Assembly: GCA_036561225.1 (NCBI GenBank)
Contig: DATBPS010000143.1
Coordinates: 1-61,337 of the forward strand
Origin: Terriglobales bacterium
Lineage (GTDB): Bacteria > Acidobacteriota > Terriglobia > Terriglobales > SCQP01
Reading direction: 5' to 3'
Length of the DNA stretch: 61,337 bases
Below, piece after piece: positions 49,067-57,589 of the stretch. Positions within the stretch are counted from its first letter, which is position 1; each line of letters starts with the position of its first letter. The notes beneath the pieces were generated by a model that ran no database searches, was not told where the DNA came from, and worked only from the letters and a program-made list of their open reading frames with translations. A program made the position numbers and the translations under genes.

Positions 49067-50230
49067 TTAGAAGGTCAAAGCAATCTGCGCGAACGCCCCC
49101 TGGATGCGCGGCTCGCCCGGGTTGCGGCGCGAGTTGCGGTACTCCATTTTGAAGGCGGCATAGGAGCAGAAATCATACCGCACCCCGGCGATGGAGCCGG
49201 CCAGGGAGGGCACGGGGTTGGTGGCCGGGTTGAACACCGGGTCGGTCTTCGGTATATGAATGTACTCGAAGCGGTAATAGGGCTTCCACTGCGCCTGGAA
49301 CCAGGGCAGGCGATAGGCCACCTGCACATACCATGCCTGGCTGCTCCAACTGCTGCCGGCGCCGCCCAACTCGTCGTGGCGAATGTCGGCGGCTTCGGCG
49401 ATGATCTCCGGAGTTTCGCCGGTGTCCACCAGCCGGATGGTGCGGATCCACTCGCCAAAGGTGGTGGGCAGGCCGCTGGCCTGACCGATGCTGTCGTGGT
49501 AGACGCTGCCGCCGAATTCCCACTTGTAGGCCCAGTCGGGTTGGGCGGTGAGGGTGGCCATCCAGGCGCGGTTGTTGTTGATATCGCCCGCATCGCCCGG
49601 TTCGGCAATGTTGGCGCCGCGGCCATTGCCGATGCCGACATCGTACTGCAGGTTCAGCGACCCGCTTTGGGGAACCAGCCCCTGGGCTTGCAGGCCGACG
49701 AAGTGCACCGGAATCAGGCGGCCGCCGAATTGAATCATCTCCGGGCGGTTGATGGTGGTCTGCAGCCAGAGACCGTGATGATAGGCGGTATTCCAATAGA
49801 CGATGGGAGTGTGATAACGACCGGCGGAGATCTTGAAATAGTCGTTGAAGGCGTAGCGCAGCACCGAGCGCTCGATGGTGGTGGAGTAGCCGTTGGGGCC
49901 GGCGGTCCAACTGACTTCGGCGAAGTAGCTCACCCGGGGCGCCAGCTGGCCGGCGAAGTGGAGCACGAACTGGCCGAGGTCAAAGTCGCTCGACTGTCCG
50001 GGTGGGGTGAAGCCGGTGGCGGTGCCCACGCGCTGCAAGCGCTGGTTCTGGGCGGAGAAATCAATATCGGCAAAGCCCTGGATTTCCAGGGAGGGGTACT
50101 TCACCTCGCCCGCCGGCGCTCCCGCCTGGGGCGCGGCCAGGGGGCCGTCCGCGGCGGTTTGCTGAGCGCTCAGCGGGCGCAGACCGGTGAGCAACGCCAG
50201 GAATGCGGCAGCGCACAGAAGTTTCTTCAT
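49067..50230 (-). CDS. outer-membrane beta-barrel (porin-like) protein
   Basis: Signal peptide MKKLLCAAAFLALLTGLRPLSAQQ, alternating beta-strand pattern, and a C-terminal ...AQIALTF ending in Phe. Confidence 0.7.
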   Translation of the reverse strand: MKKLLCAAAFLALLTGLRPLSAQQTAADGPLAAPQAGAPAGEVKYPSLEIQGFADIDFSAQNQRLQRVGTATGFTPPGQSSDFDLGQFVLHFAGQLAPRVSYFAEVSWTAGPNGYSTTIERSVLRYAFNDYFKISAGRYHTPIVYWNTAYHHGLWLQTTINRPEMIQFGGRLIPVHFVGLQAQGLVPQSGSLNLQYDVGIGNGRGANIAEPGDAGDINNNRAWMATLTAQPDWAYKWEFGGSVYHDSIGQASGLPTTFGEWIRTIRLVDTGETPEIIAEAADIRHDELGGAGSSWSSQAWYVQVAYRLPWFQAQWKPYYRFEYIHIPKTDPVFNPATNPVPSLAGSIAGVRYDFCSYAAFKMEYRNSRRNPGEPRIQGAFAQIALTF

Positions 50231-50303
50231 AAACGACGGCGGATGGTGAGTCACAGCTCCCGCCTGAGTTGAGATAATACTTTGACAGGTGTTGTGATTC
50301 GCC

Positions 50304-51635
50304 ATGCACTTCGAAGAATTCGTGCCGCATCCAGCTGGTAACCCCAGTGACTCGGCGGGAGACGACCGGCGCAAGCTGGAGACCCTGCTGCGCATTGCCG
50401 GCTCGCTGTCGGTCGAGATCCGGCTGGATCCGCTGCTGCGGCTCATGGTGAGCGAGGTGACCGCCGCCATGCGGGCCGAGCGCTGCACCTTGTTCGTGGT
50501 GGACCCGCACGACCCCGATCAGCTGTTCAGCCGGGTGGCGGCGCCGGTGGAGCAGGAGATTCGCCTGCGGGTGGGCGAGGGAGTGGCCGGGGCCACGGCG
50601 GCGAGCCGCCAGACCATCAACCTGGCCGACGCCTATGAGGATCCGCGGTTCAACCCGGCCTTCGATCGGGCGTCCAATTTCCGCACCCGCTCGCTGCTTT
50701 CCATGCCCATCCTCGACGCGGAGGCGGGGCTGGTGGGCGTGGTGCAGGTGCTCAACAAGACCGGCGGGGCGTTCAGCGGCGAGGATGAGCGGTTTCTGGA
50801 GGCGATCGGCGTCCATCTGGGACTGGCGCTGCGGCGGGCGGCGCTGGTGGAGGCTTATCTGGAGACGCAGGTGGTGGCCAAGTCGCTGGAGCTGGCGCGC
50901 GGCATCCAGCAGGGCTGCCTGCCGCGGGACGCGGGCGCGCTCCAGGGGCGGGCCGAGGTGGAGATCAGCGCGGTCCTGGATCCGGTGTACGAAGTCGGGG
51001 GCGATCTGTACGATTACTTCCCGCTCGACGAGCACCGTCTTTGCTTCATCATGGGCGATGTATCCGGCAAGGGCGTGCCGGCGGCGCTGTTCATGGTGAT
51101 GGCGCGCACCGCCTTCAAGCTGGCGGCGTCGGCGCGGCCGGGGATGCTGGGCGGGGTGCTGGCGCAGGTGAACCAGTATCTCTACGAGAGCAATCCACAG
51201 AGCATGTTCGTGACCGCGCTGGCGGGCATTCTCGATCTGCGCAGCGGCCGGGTGGAGTACGCCGATGCCGGCCACGAGCCGCCGTTTCTGGTCCGCGCCT
51301 CGGGGGCGGTGGAGAAGGTCGAAAAAGAGGGGGGCATGGTGCTGGGGATTCTACCCGGCCAGGAGTACATCGGCGGCTCGCTGGAGTTGCAACCGGGCGA
51401 CACGCTGGTGCTCTACACCGACGGGGTCAGCGAAGCGATGAACGCGGCGGGGGAGTTCTACGGCGCCGAGGCGGCGCAAGGGGCGCTGGCCGGCGCCGGC
51501 CCGCGGGCCGGCAGCGGGAAGGTGCTCGAGGCACTGCGGGAAGGGGTGCGCGGTTTTGCCGCCGGGGCACGGCAGAGCGACGACATTGCCATCCTGGCCA
51601 TCGGCTATCGCGGCGCGGCCCGCCCGGTCGGTTAA
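50304..51635 (+). CDS. GAF domain-containing PP2C/SpoIIE family serine phosphatase
   Basis: N-terminal GAF (RCTLFVVD...VAGATAASRQTINLADAYEDPRFN) and C-terminal SpoIIE (GGDLYDYF, MGDVSGKGVPAALFM, YTDGVSEA). Confidence 0.88.
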   Translation: MHFEEFVPHPAGNPSDSAGDDRRKLETLLRIAGSLSVEIRLDPLLRLMVSEVTAAMRAERCTLFVVDPHDPDQLFSRVAAPVEQEIRLRVGEGVAGATAASRQTINLADAYEDPRFNPAFDRASNFRTRSLLSMPILDAEAGLVGVVQVLNKTGGAFSGEDERFLEAIGVHLGLALRRAALVEAYLETQVVAKSLELARGIQQGCLPRDAGALQGRAEVEISAVLDPVYEVGGDLYDYFPLDEHRLCFIMGDVSGKGVPAALFMVMARTAFKLAASARPGMLGGVLAQVNQYLYESNPQSMFVTALAGILDLRSGRVEYADAGHEPPFLVRASGAVEKVEKEGGMVLGILPGQEYIGGSLELQPGDTLVLYTDGVSEAMNAAGEFYGAEAAQGALAGAGPRAGSGKVLEALREGVRGFAAGARQSDDIAILAIGYRGAARPVG

Positions 51636-52819
51636 AAACTCTGAAAGTGGACGCGCCAGAGGAGAGCGCCATTGCGGCGGGCGAGGGCGATGAGGGAGCC
51701 GCCGTCTTCCCAGAAGACGATCGAGCTTTGGGCGATGGCGGCGAGGGCGCCCTGATGACCACTCACCCTCCAGCGTTCGGCGCCGCTGACGGCGTCCAGC
51801 AGGCGGATGTCACGCGCCGATTGCAGCACCAGCACACCGTTGCCGGCCTGCATGAAGGCGTATGTTCCGGGCAGGGTTTCGCGGAACGCCGGAGCGCCGG
51901 TGTCGAGCTGCCAGGCCTGCAAGTGGCTGGAATCGCCGTCGGGTTCGAGCATCATGGCGGTGCGGTTGCTGACCGCCAGCTGGGGGTCATCGGCGGCGCG
52001 GGGCGCCTGCCACAGCGCGCCTTCGTAGTTGCCGCCGCGCACCACCGGGGATGACCCCTGCCAGTCGGTGAAGATGAAACCCTGGCGGGTCAGGCTGGCG
52101 CGCGGGAAGGCGGCGGCCGAGGCGAAGGGGGCTTCGCGCTCGTCGTGGTGGCCGAAGAGCAGGTGGAAGGGAGCGGCCAGGAAGAACTCCCGCTTCGGTT
52201 TGGCATAGAGCAGCAGGCCGTGGTCTTCGCTGCGGAAGGGATAGAGCGCCGCCGGCACCGACTCGGGCTCGAGCGTGGCGGCGCCGGGCTGGTAGCGCCA
52301 GGCCGTCTTCACCTGCCCGTGCTCGCGCTCCAGCAGCAACAGGCCGCGGGTGGGCAGGGGCAGCATGGTGAGGGCGTCGTCATCGCTGAGATGGAAGCCC
52401 TGATCGTGGCGGCCGTCGCGGGTGGTCAGCACCTCGAGGCGTCCGGGACTGTGGACGTAGAGGCGCTCGCCGGAGGCGTCCACCACCCATTCGTGGACGG
52501 CTGATTCCTCGCTGCACCAGAGCTTTGTGCCGTCGCGGGTGCGGACGCGGCAGATGCTGGTGGTGCGGTGGCCCAGCCGGGGCGTGATGCCCGATATCCA
52601 ACTGAGCAGCAGCAGCCCGTGGCCATCGGTGTAGGTCTGGCCCTGGTAGCGCGGCAAGCGCCAGGCCACATGTCCGGTGCGGGCGCTGAGGGCCACGCCG
52701 TCGAGAGGCAGAAAGAGGGTGTCGGCATCCACCCGGTAGACGGGCTGCACCGCGGCCGCGAGGGCGGCGAGCGCCACCAGAAAGACGAAAATACGGCCAC
52801 AAGCGCGCAGGTACAGCAT
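51632..52819 (-). CDS. PQQ-like beta-propeller repeat protein
   Basis: N-terminal signal/anchor, and repeated ...G..LW.. / ALARRNGALLWRV motifs. The stop overlaps the convergent PP2C stop. Confidence 0.6.
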   Translation of the reverse strand: MLYLRACGRIFVFLVALAALAAAVQPVYRVDADTLFLPLDGVALSARTGHVAWRLPRYQGQTYTDGHGLLLLSWISGITPRLGHRTTSICRVRTRDGTKLWCSEESAVHEWVVDASGERLYVHSPGRLEVLTTRDGRHDQGFHLSDDDALTMLPLPTRGLLLLEREHGQVKTAWRYQPGAATLEPESVPAALYPFRSEDHGLLLYAKPKREFFLAAPFHLLFGHHDEREAPFASAAAFPRASLTRQGFIFTDWQGSSPVVRGGNYEGALWQAPRAADDPQLAVSNRTAMMLEPDGDSSHLQAWQLDTGAPAFRETLPGTYAFMQAGNGVLVLQSARDIRLLDAVSGAERWRVSGHQGALAAIAQSSIVFWEDGGSLIALARRNGALLWRVHFQSF

Positions 52820-52906
52820 CCGAAACCAGCAGTTCCGGTCAGCTTACGCCTGTGGGGGGCGGGATACAATCCCGGCGGAACGCCTTAGGAATTCGCCCGC
52901 CGGGGT

Positions 52907-53761
52907 TCAGCGATCGTAGGTGTAGAAGCCGCGGCCGGTTTTGCGGCCCAGCCAGCCGGCGGCCACCATGTTGCGCAGCAGCGGGCAGGGGCGGTACTTG
53001 GTGTCGCCCAGGCCGTCGTGCAGCACTTCCATGATGTGCAGGCAAACGTCGAGGCCGATGAAGTCGGCGAGGGTCAGCGGGCCCATGGGGTGGGCCATGC
53101 CCAGCTTCATGATCTCGTCAATCGCCTCGGGCGCGGCCACGCCCTCCATGACGCAGTAGATGGCCTCATTGATCATGGGCAGCAGCACGCGATTGGAGAT
53201 GAACCCGGGATAGTCGCGCACCTCGACCGGGGTCTTCTCCAGCCGCAGCGCCAACTCGCGCACCGCGGCCACGGTGGCGTCGGAGGTCTGCAGGCCGCGG
53301 ATGACCTCGACCAGCTTCATCATCGGCACCGGGTTCATGAAATGCATGCCGATGAAACGGTCGGGCCGCGAGGTCGCGGCCGCCAGTTCGGTGATCGAAA
53401 TCGAGGAGGTGTTGGAGGCGAGAATGGCTTCCGGACCGAGGACGACATCCAGTTTGCGCAGCAGCGGCAGCTTGATGTCGCGCTGCTCGGGCACGGCCTC
53501 GATGGCCAACTGCGCGCCGGCGGCCGCCTGGGTATCCACCGACGGCGTGATGCGCTCCAGCGCCAGACGGGCGGAGCCTTCGTCGAGCTTGCCCTTCGAC
53601 ACCTCGCGCGCCAGGTTCTTTTCGATGGTGGCGCGGGCTTTTTCCAGCGCCTGGGGGTTGGCTTCGATGAGCGCCACCTGGACCCCGAACTTGGCCAGCA
53701 CATGGGCAATACCGTTGCCCATGGTGCCGCCACCGACGACCGCAACCTTTTCAATTTTCAT
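52907..53761 (-). CDS. hbd: 3-hydroxybutyryl-CoA dehydrogenase
   Basis: [19 protein letters not shown] motif and full-length 3HCDH N and C domains. Confidence 0.93.
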   Translation of the reverse strand: MKIEKVAVVGGGTMGNGIAHVLAKFGVQVALIEANPQALEKARATIEKNLAREVSKGKLDEGSARLALERITPSVDTQAAAGAQLAIEAVPEQRDIKLPLLRKLDVVLGPEAILASNTSSISITELAAATSRPDRFIGMHFMNPVPMMKLVEVIRGLQTSDATVAAVRELALRLEKTPVEVRDYPGFISNRVLLPMINEAIYCVMEGVAAPEAIDEIMKLGMAHPMGPLTLADFIGLDVCLHIMEVLHDGLGDTKYRPCPLLRNMVAAGWLGRKTGRGFYTYDR

Positions 53762-53781
53762 GCGTGTCCTTGCGATCCAGA

Positions 53782-54963
53782 CTAGATGCGTTCGATGGCC
53801 ATGCCGACGCCGTTGCCGCCGCCCAGACAGAGGGCGGCGATGCCGCGCTGGGCCTGGCGCCGCTCAAGTTCGAACATCAGCGTGACCAGAATGCGGCAGC
53901 CGCTGGCGCCGATGGGATGGCCCAGCGCCACCGCGCCGCCGTTGGCGTTCACCCGTTCGGGCTGGAGGCCCAGCTCGCGAATCAGCGCCACGCCCTGCAC
54001 CGAGAAGGCCTCGTTCAGCTCGTACAAATCCACGTCGCCGGCCTTCCAGCCGGTCTTGGCCCACAGCTTGCGCACCGTCTCCACCGGGGTCATCATCACC
54101 CACTTCGGTTCCAGGCCGCTCACCGCCTGGGCGACGATACGGAACCGGGGCTGAATCTTCAGCGCGCGCGCCTTGTCGGCGGTCATGACCACCACCGCCG
54201 CCGCGCCGTCGTTGACGCTGCTGGCGTTGGCGGCGGTTACCGTGCCGTCCTTCTTGAAGGCCGCTTTCAGCTTGCGCAGCGCTTCGATCGTCGTATCGGC
54301 GCGGGGGCCTTCATCCTTGCTGACCACCAGCGGGTCGCCCTTCTTCTGCGGGACCTCGACGGGCACAATCTCACGGTCAAAATAACCCGCCTGCTGCGCC
54401 GCCACCGCCTTGCGATGGCTGCCGAGGGCGAACTCGTCCTGCTCCTCGCGGGTGATGTGGTATTTCTCCGAGACCAGCTCGCCGGTCTGGCCCATGTGGA
54501 AGTTTTCGTACACATCCCACAGGCCGTCGTGAATCATGGAGTCCACCACGGTCTGGTCGCCCATGCGGAAGCCGGTGCGGGCATTGAGCAGCAGGTAGGG
54601 GCAGTTCGACATGGACTCCATGCCGCCCGCCACCACGATGTCGGAGTCGCCCAACTGCACCGCCTGCGCGGCCAGCCCGACCGACTTCAACCCCGAGCCG
54701 CAAACTTTATTGACCGTCAGCGCGCCCACCTTGGGCGGCAGGCCCGCACCCAGCGCCGCTTGCCGTGCCGGGTTCTGGCCGAGTCCGGCCTGCACCACGT
54801 TGCCCATGATGCACTCGTCAATCTGGTCGGGCTGCAGGCCGGCACGTTTGACCGCCTCGCGCACCGCAATCGCGCCCAACTGTGGCGCCGACAACGCCGC
54901 CAATCCGCCCTGGAAGCGGCCCACCGGCGTGCGAACGCCGGAGACAATGACTGGTTCACTCAT
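53782..54963 (-). CDS. acetyl-CoA C-acetyltransferase (thiolase II)
   Basis: [10 protein letters not shown] active-site Cys, [15 protein letters not shown], and [10 protein letters not shown]. Confidence 0.96.
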   Translation of the reverse strand: MSEPVIVSGVRTPVGRFQGGLAALSAPQLGAIAVREAVKRAGLQPDQIDECIMGNVVQAGLGQNPARQAALGAGLPPKVGALTVNKVCGSGLKSVGLAAQAVQLGDSDIVVAGGMESMSNCPYLLLNARTGFRMGDQTVVDSMIHDGLWDVYENFHMGQTGELVSEKYHITREEQDEFALGSHRKAVAAQQAGYFDREIVPVEVPQKKGDPLVVSKDEGPRADTTIEALRKLKAAFKKDGTVTAANASSVNDGAAAVVVMTADKARALKIQPRFRIVAQAVSGLEPKWVMMTPVETVRKLWAKTGWKAGDVDLYELNEAFSVQGVALIRELGLQPERVNANGGAVALGHPIGASGCRILVTLMFELERRQAQRGIAALCLGGGNGVGMAIERI

Positions 54964-54979
54964 GCTTTGAGTATAAAGC

Positions 54980-55007
54980 GGTGAACGGTGAACGGTGAAC
55001 CGTGAAC
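54980..55007. repeat. tandem heptanucleotide array GGTGAAC, 4 units
   Basis: GGTGAAC GGTGAAC GGTGAAC CGTGAAC, 17 nt upstream of the thiolase ATG. It is the inverted partner of 55074..55101. Confidence 0.85.
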
Positions 55008-55023
55008 CGGGGAGCGGGGGGGA

Positions 55024-55056
55024 CGGAAAAAAAGAGGGGGCGCAAGGGCGCCCCCA
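55024..55056 (-). terminator. intrinsic (Rho-independent) terminator of the OmpA-like gene
   Basis: On the minus strand GGGGGCGC-CCUU-GCGCCCCC is followed by UCUUUUUUUCC. Confidence 0.8.
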
Positions 55057-55073
55057 GGGGAATGAACCTCAAC

Positions 55074-55101
55074 TGTTCACGGTCAACCGTTCACTGTTCA
55101 C
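55074..55101. repeat. tandem heptanucleotide array NGTTCAC, 4 units, inverted relative to 54980..55007
   Basis: TGTTCAC GGTCAAC CGTTCAC TGTTCAC. It overlaps the stop codon (55098..55100) of the OmpA-like gene. Confidence 0.85.
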
Positions 55102-55961
55102 TGCGGCTGACTACCGGCGGCCAGGCTGTTCTTCAGCACCTTGATCTCGACGGTGCCGCCGGGGGTGGGACGGGTGCCGGCTTCACTCGACATCTGGGCG
55201 GCGGCGGGGGCGGCGTTGCCCATGCCGGCGGTGTAGATGCGATAGAGCGGGACGTTGTGCTGCAACACCAGGTAGCGGACCACAGTGTCGGCCAACTGCT
55301 GGCTGGCGGTGATGCCGGCCGCGCCCTTGCGGGTGGAGTAGGCGGTGACTTCAACCACGTAGCCTTTGTCGGTGTTCAGGCCTTGCAGGAAGCTGTCCAA
55401 CTGTTGCTGGGTGCCGGAGGTCAGAGTGGCCGGCCCGGGCTTGAAGTGCAATTCGGCCTGTTGCGCCACCTGATACTGATCCACGCCCTGCAGTTTGGTG
55501 TTCACGCCGGAGACCTGCTGATCCAACTGGGTAGCGTGCGTGCTGGCCTGCTGCACCTGCTGCTGGGCGGCGTCAGCGGTGTCGTTGGCCTGCTGCGCCT
55601 TATCCTGAGCGGCGCTGATGCCGGTCTTGGAGCGGGCGTCAAGGTCGGAGATGGACTTGGCGTTGTCAGAGGTAAGGCTATCCACTTCGTTGACCCGGTC
55701 GCGGATGGGCGAAAGTTGGCCCTCGACGTACTTTTTACGGGCGAAGGGGTTCAGGTGGCCCCAGAAGCCCTGGCGAATCTGCGGTTGGAGGGGGGCCTTT
55801 TTGGTGGCCGTCTCGGTGGTCGGAGTGGTCGAAGCAGTCTGAGTCTGGGGCGCCGTTGTGGCGTCGGCCGATTGCGCCGCGGCGGGCAGAGTGCCCAGCC
55901 CGACTATCATTCCCATCGCCACCACCGCGACCGCCAACCCGTGCCCTTGAAGCCTGCGCAT
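55098..55961 (-). CDS. OmpA family protein with central coiled-coil region
   Basis: Signal peptide, Q-rich coiled coil, and a C-terminal OmpA-like domain (VEVTAYSTRKG...SQQLADTVVRYLV). Confidence 0.8.
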   Translation of the reverse strand: MRRLQGHGLAVAVVAMGMIVGLGTLPAAAQSADATTAPQTQTASTTPTTETATKKAPLQPQIRQGFWGHLNPFARKKYVEGQLSPIRDRVNEVDSLTSDNAKSISDLDARSKTGISAAQDKAQQANDTADAAQQQVQQASTHATQLDQQVSGVNTKLQGVDQYQVAQQAELHFKPGPATLTSGTQQQLDSFLQGLNTDKGYVVEVTAYSTRKGAAGITASQQLADTVVRYLVLQHNVPLYRIYTAGMGNAAPAAAQMSSEAGTRPTPGGTVEIKVLKNSLAAGSQPQ

Positions 55962-56020
55962 ATTTTTATCCTCCCGCTGATCTAATTTCCCGGATCAGCC
56001 TCCAACCTACTTACTACACG

Positions 56021-56135
56021 TTGGATGCCAAACGGGAAACCGAAGAAAATAAAGGCGCACAGTGGACCGTGAGAGCCGGCCAACAGGCATTAATGGGTTG
56101 GCATCGAGTAAAAAGCGCGCTATGCTTTTTCCCGT
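56021..56135 (+). promoter_or_regulatory. candidate structured 5' leader (riboswitch-like), class unassigned
   Basis: An 8-bp closing helix GATGCCAA(56024..56031)/TTGGCATC(56098..56105) encloses a CGG-GAAA-CCG hairpin and a GGCGCAC...GTGAGAGCC helix. An AAAAAGC...GCTTTTT hairpin precedes the ATG at 56151. Confidence 0.25.
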
Positions 56136-56150
56136 AGTGAGGAAAACGCC

Positions 56151-56669
56151 ATGCTGATTCTGCTGTTCGTGCTGGGTGCGGTGGCCATGCGGTTTTTGCC
56201 GCATGCGTGGAATTTCACCCCGGTGATCGCCATGCTGCTGCTGGCTGCCTGCTACATGAAGCCCAAGCACCTGTGGGTTCCCGTGGTGGCACTGGTGGGC
56301 AGCGACTTCGCCCTCAACACCTGGGTGTATCACGCCGCCGGACGGCCGGATCAGTACTTCACCTGGGCCAGCTATTTCGTGGTGCTGGGGCTGGCGATGT
56401 GGGCGCTGAAAGGCCGGGTGCGGGTGGCTTCGCTGATCGGCACCTCGCTGGCCAGCTCGACCCTCTTTTTCGTGATCAGCAACTTCGGCGTGTGGGCGAC
56501 GGGGGAGATGTACCCGCATACGTTTTCCGGACTGGCCACCTGCTATGCGATGGGCGTGCCGTTTTTCCGCAACGCCGCGGTGGGTGACCTGATCTACGCC
56601 GGCGCCTTCTTTGCTTTGTACGCCTGGATCGAGCAGCGGCACCAGGCGGCACTTCGCGCCGCCGCCTAA
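56151..56669 (+). CDS. hypothetical 5-6 TM membrane protein (resembles the DUF6580 putative-transporter family)
   Basis: MRFLPHAWNFTPVIAM N-terminal motif, 172 aa, hydrophobic throughout. Confidence 0.65.
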   Translation: MLILLFVLGAVAMRFLPHAWNFTPVIAMLLLAACYMKPKHLWVPVVALVGSDFALNTWVYHAAGRPDQYFTWASYFVVLGLAMWALKGRVRVASLIGTSLASSTLFFVISNFGVWATGEMYPHTFSGLATCYAMGVPFFRNAAVGDLIYAGAFFALYAWIEQRHQAALRAAA

Positions 56670-56674
56670 CCCAG

Positions 56675-57538
56675 TTGGCAGGCGTGCCGCGGGCCGCAAT
56701 CGTCTTCAACCCCATCGCCGGCCGCCATGCGGCGCGCCGCCGCCGGCAACGGGACCAACTTTGTGAGGCGCTCAAGCGCCGCGGTTGGATCTTCACCGGC
56801 GAACGCCCGGAAATTGTTCTGGTTTGCGGCGGCGACGGCACTCTGCACCGCGTGCTGGGGGAGCACATGCGCGGCGATCCCGGCGCCCGGCCAGTGTTGG
56901 CTTTGGCGCCGCCGCTGGGGACAGCCAACGTGCTGGCCCATGCGCTCGGCGTGCCCCACCGCCCGGACACAGCCGCCGCCTGGCTGGATCGTGCCTGGGC
57001 GGCGGGGCCGCGGCAATTGCCCGTCGGGGTGGCGGAATTCGGTTCCGAACGGCACTACTTCCTGTCCATGGCCGGTGTCGGTTATGACGCCTTTGTGGTG
57101 CAGACCGTGGCGGAGAGCGCCAAGCGACGCTGGGGCAAATGGGCCATCGTTGCGCGTGCCGCGCAGGCCTGGCGCAGCTACTTTCCCGCACCGCTGGAGT
57201 TGGACTGCGACCCATTTCGCGCCGACAGCCTCATCTTCAGCCTGACGCCCTTCTATGCCGGCCGCATGCGGCTGGGAAGCATGCCCACCGAAGGGCCCTT
57301 GGTGCTGGCCCTGTCCGGCGCCCCCCGGCTGCTGGTCACTCAAGCCTTGTCGCTGCTGACGCGAGGACTCGATCGCGCTCCCGGCGTAGTGCGCTGCCCC
57401 TGCCGCGTCGTCTCGGTGGCGACCGCCGGCCGCCCGGTGCAACTCGATGGCGAACCGGCCGGCACCAGCCCCGTCCGACTATCCCTGCACCCCGACGCCA
57501 TCCCCTTTCTCGCTCCTCCCCTGACCCCTGACCCCTAA
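56675..57538 (+). CDS. diacylglycerol/lipid kinase family protein (YegS/BmrU-like)
   Basis: IVFNPIAGRH... and VLVCGGDGTLHRVLG motifs. The C-terminus PPLTPDP and the stop are encoded by the heptamer array. Confidence 0.85.
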   Translation: MAGVPRAAIVFNPIAGRHAARRRRQRDQLCEALKRRGWIFTGERPEIVLVCGGDGTLHRVLGEHMRGDPGARPVLALAPPLGTANVLAHALGVPHRPDTAAAWLDRAWAAGPRQLPVGVAEFGSERHYFLSMAGVGYDAFVVQTVAESAKRRWGKWAIVARAAQAWRSYFPAPLELDCDPFRADSLIFSLTPFYAGRMRLGSMPTEGPLVLALSGAPRLLVTQALSLLTRGLDRAPGVVRCPCRVVSVATAGRPVQLDGEPAGTSPVRLSLHPDAIPFLAPPLTPDP

Positions 57539-57566
57539 CCCCTAACCCCTAACCCCTGATCCCTCT
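57518..57566. repeat. tandem heptanucleotide array CCCCTRA, 6 units plus 1 degenerate
   Basis: CCCCTGA CCCCTGA CCCCTAA CCCCTAA CCCCTAA CCCCTGA TCCCTCT. The third unit supplies the stop of the upstream CDS. Confidence 0.9.
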
Positions 57567-57589
57567 GTCTTCCTGTATTCTTCAGGGGA

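Noticed and set aside
47063-50272. Two roughly 500-aa plus-strand ORFs (47063..48568 and 48767..50272)
   Set aside because: They are antisense to the adenylate cyclase, PBP-like and porin genes. They have G/A/V/H/Q-rich shadow composition.
54980-55101. Inverted heptamer arrays as a bona fide MITE or IS remnant
   Set aside because: There is no transposase, no obvious target-site duplication, and no second copy in this window. I kept it as a finding but did not call it a mobile element.
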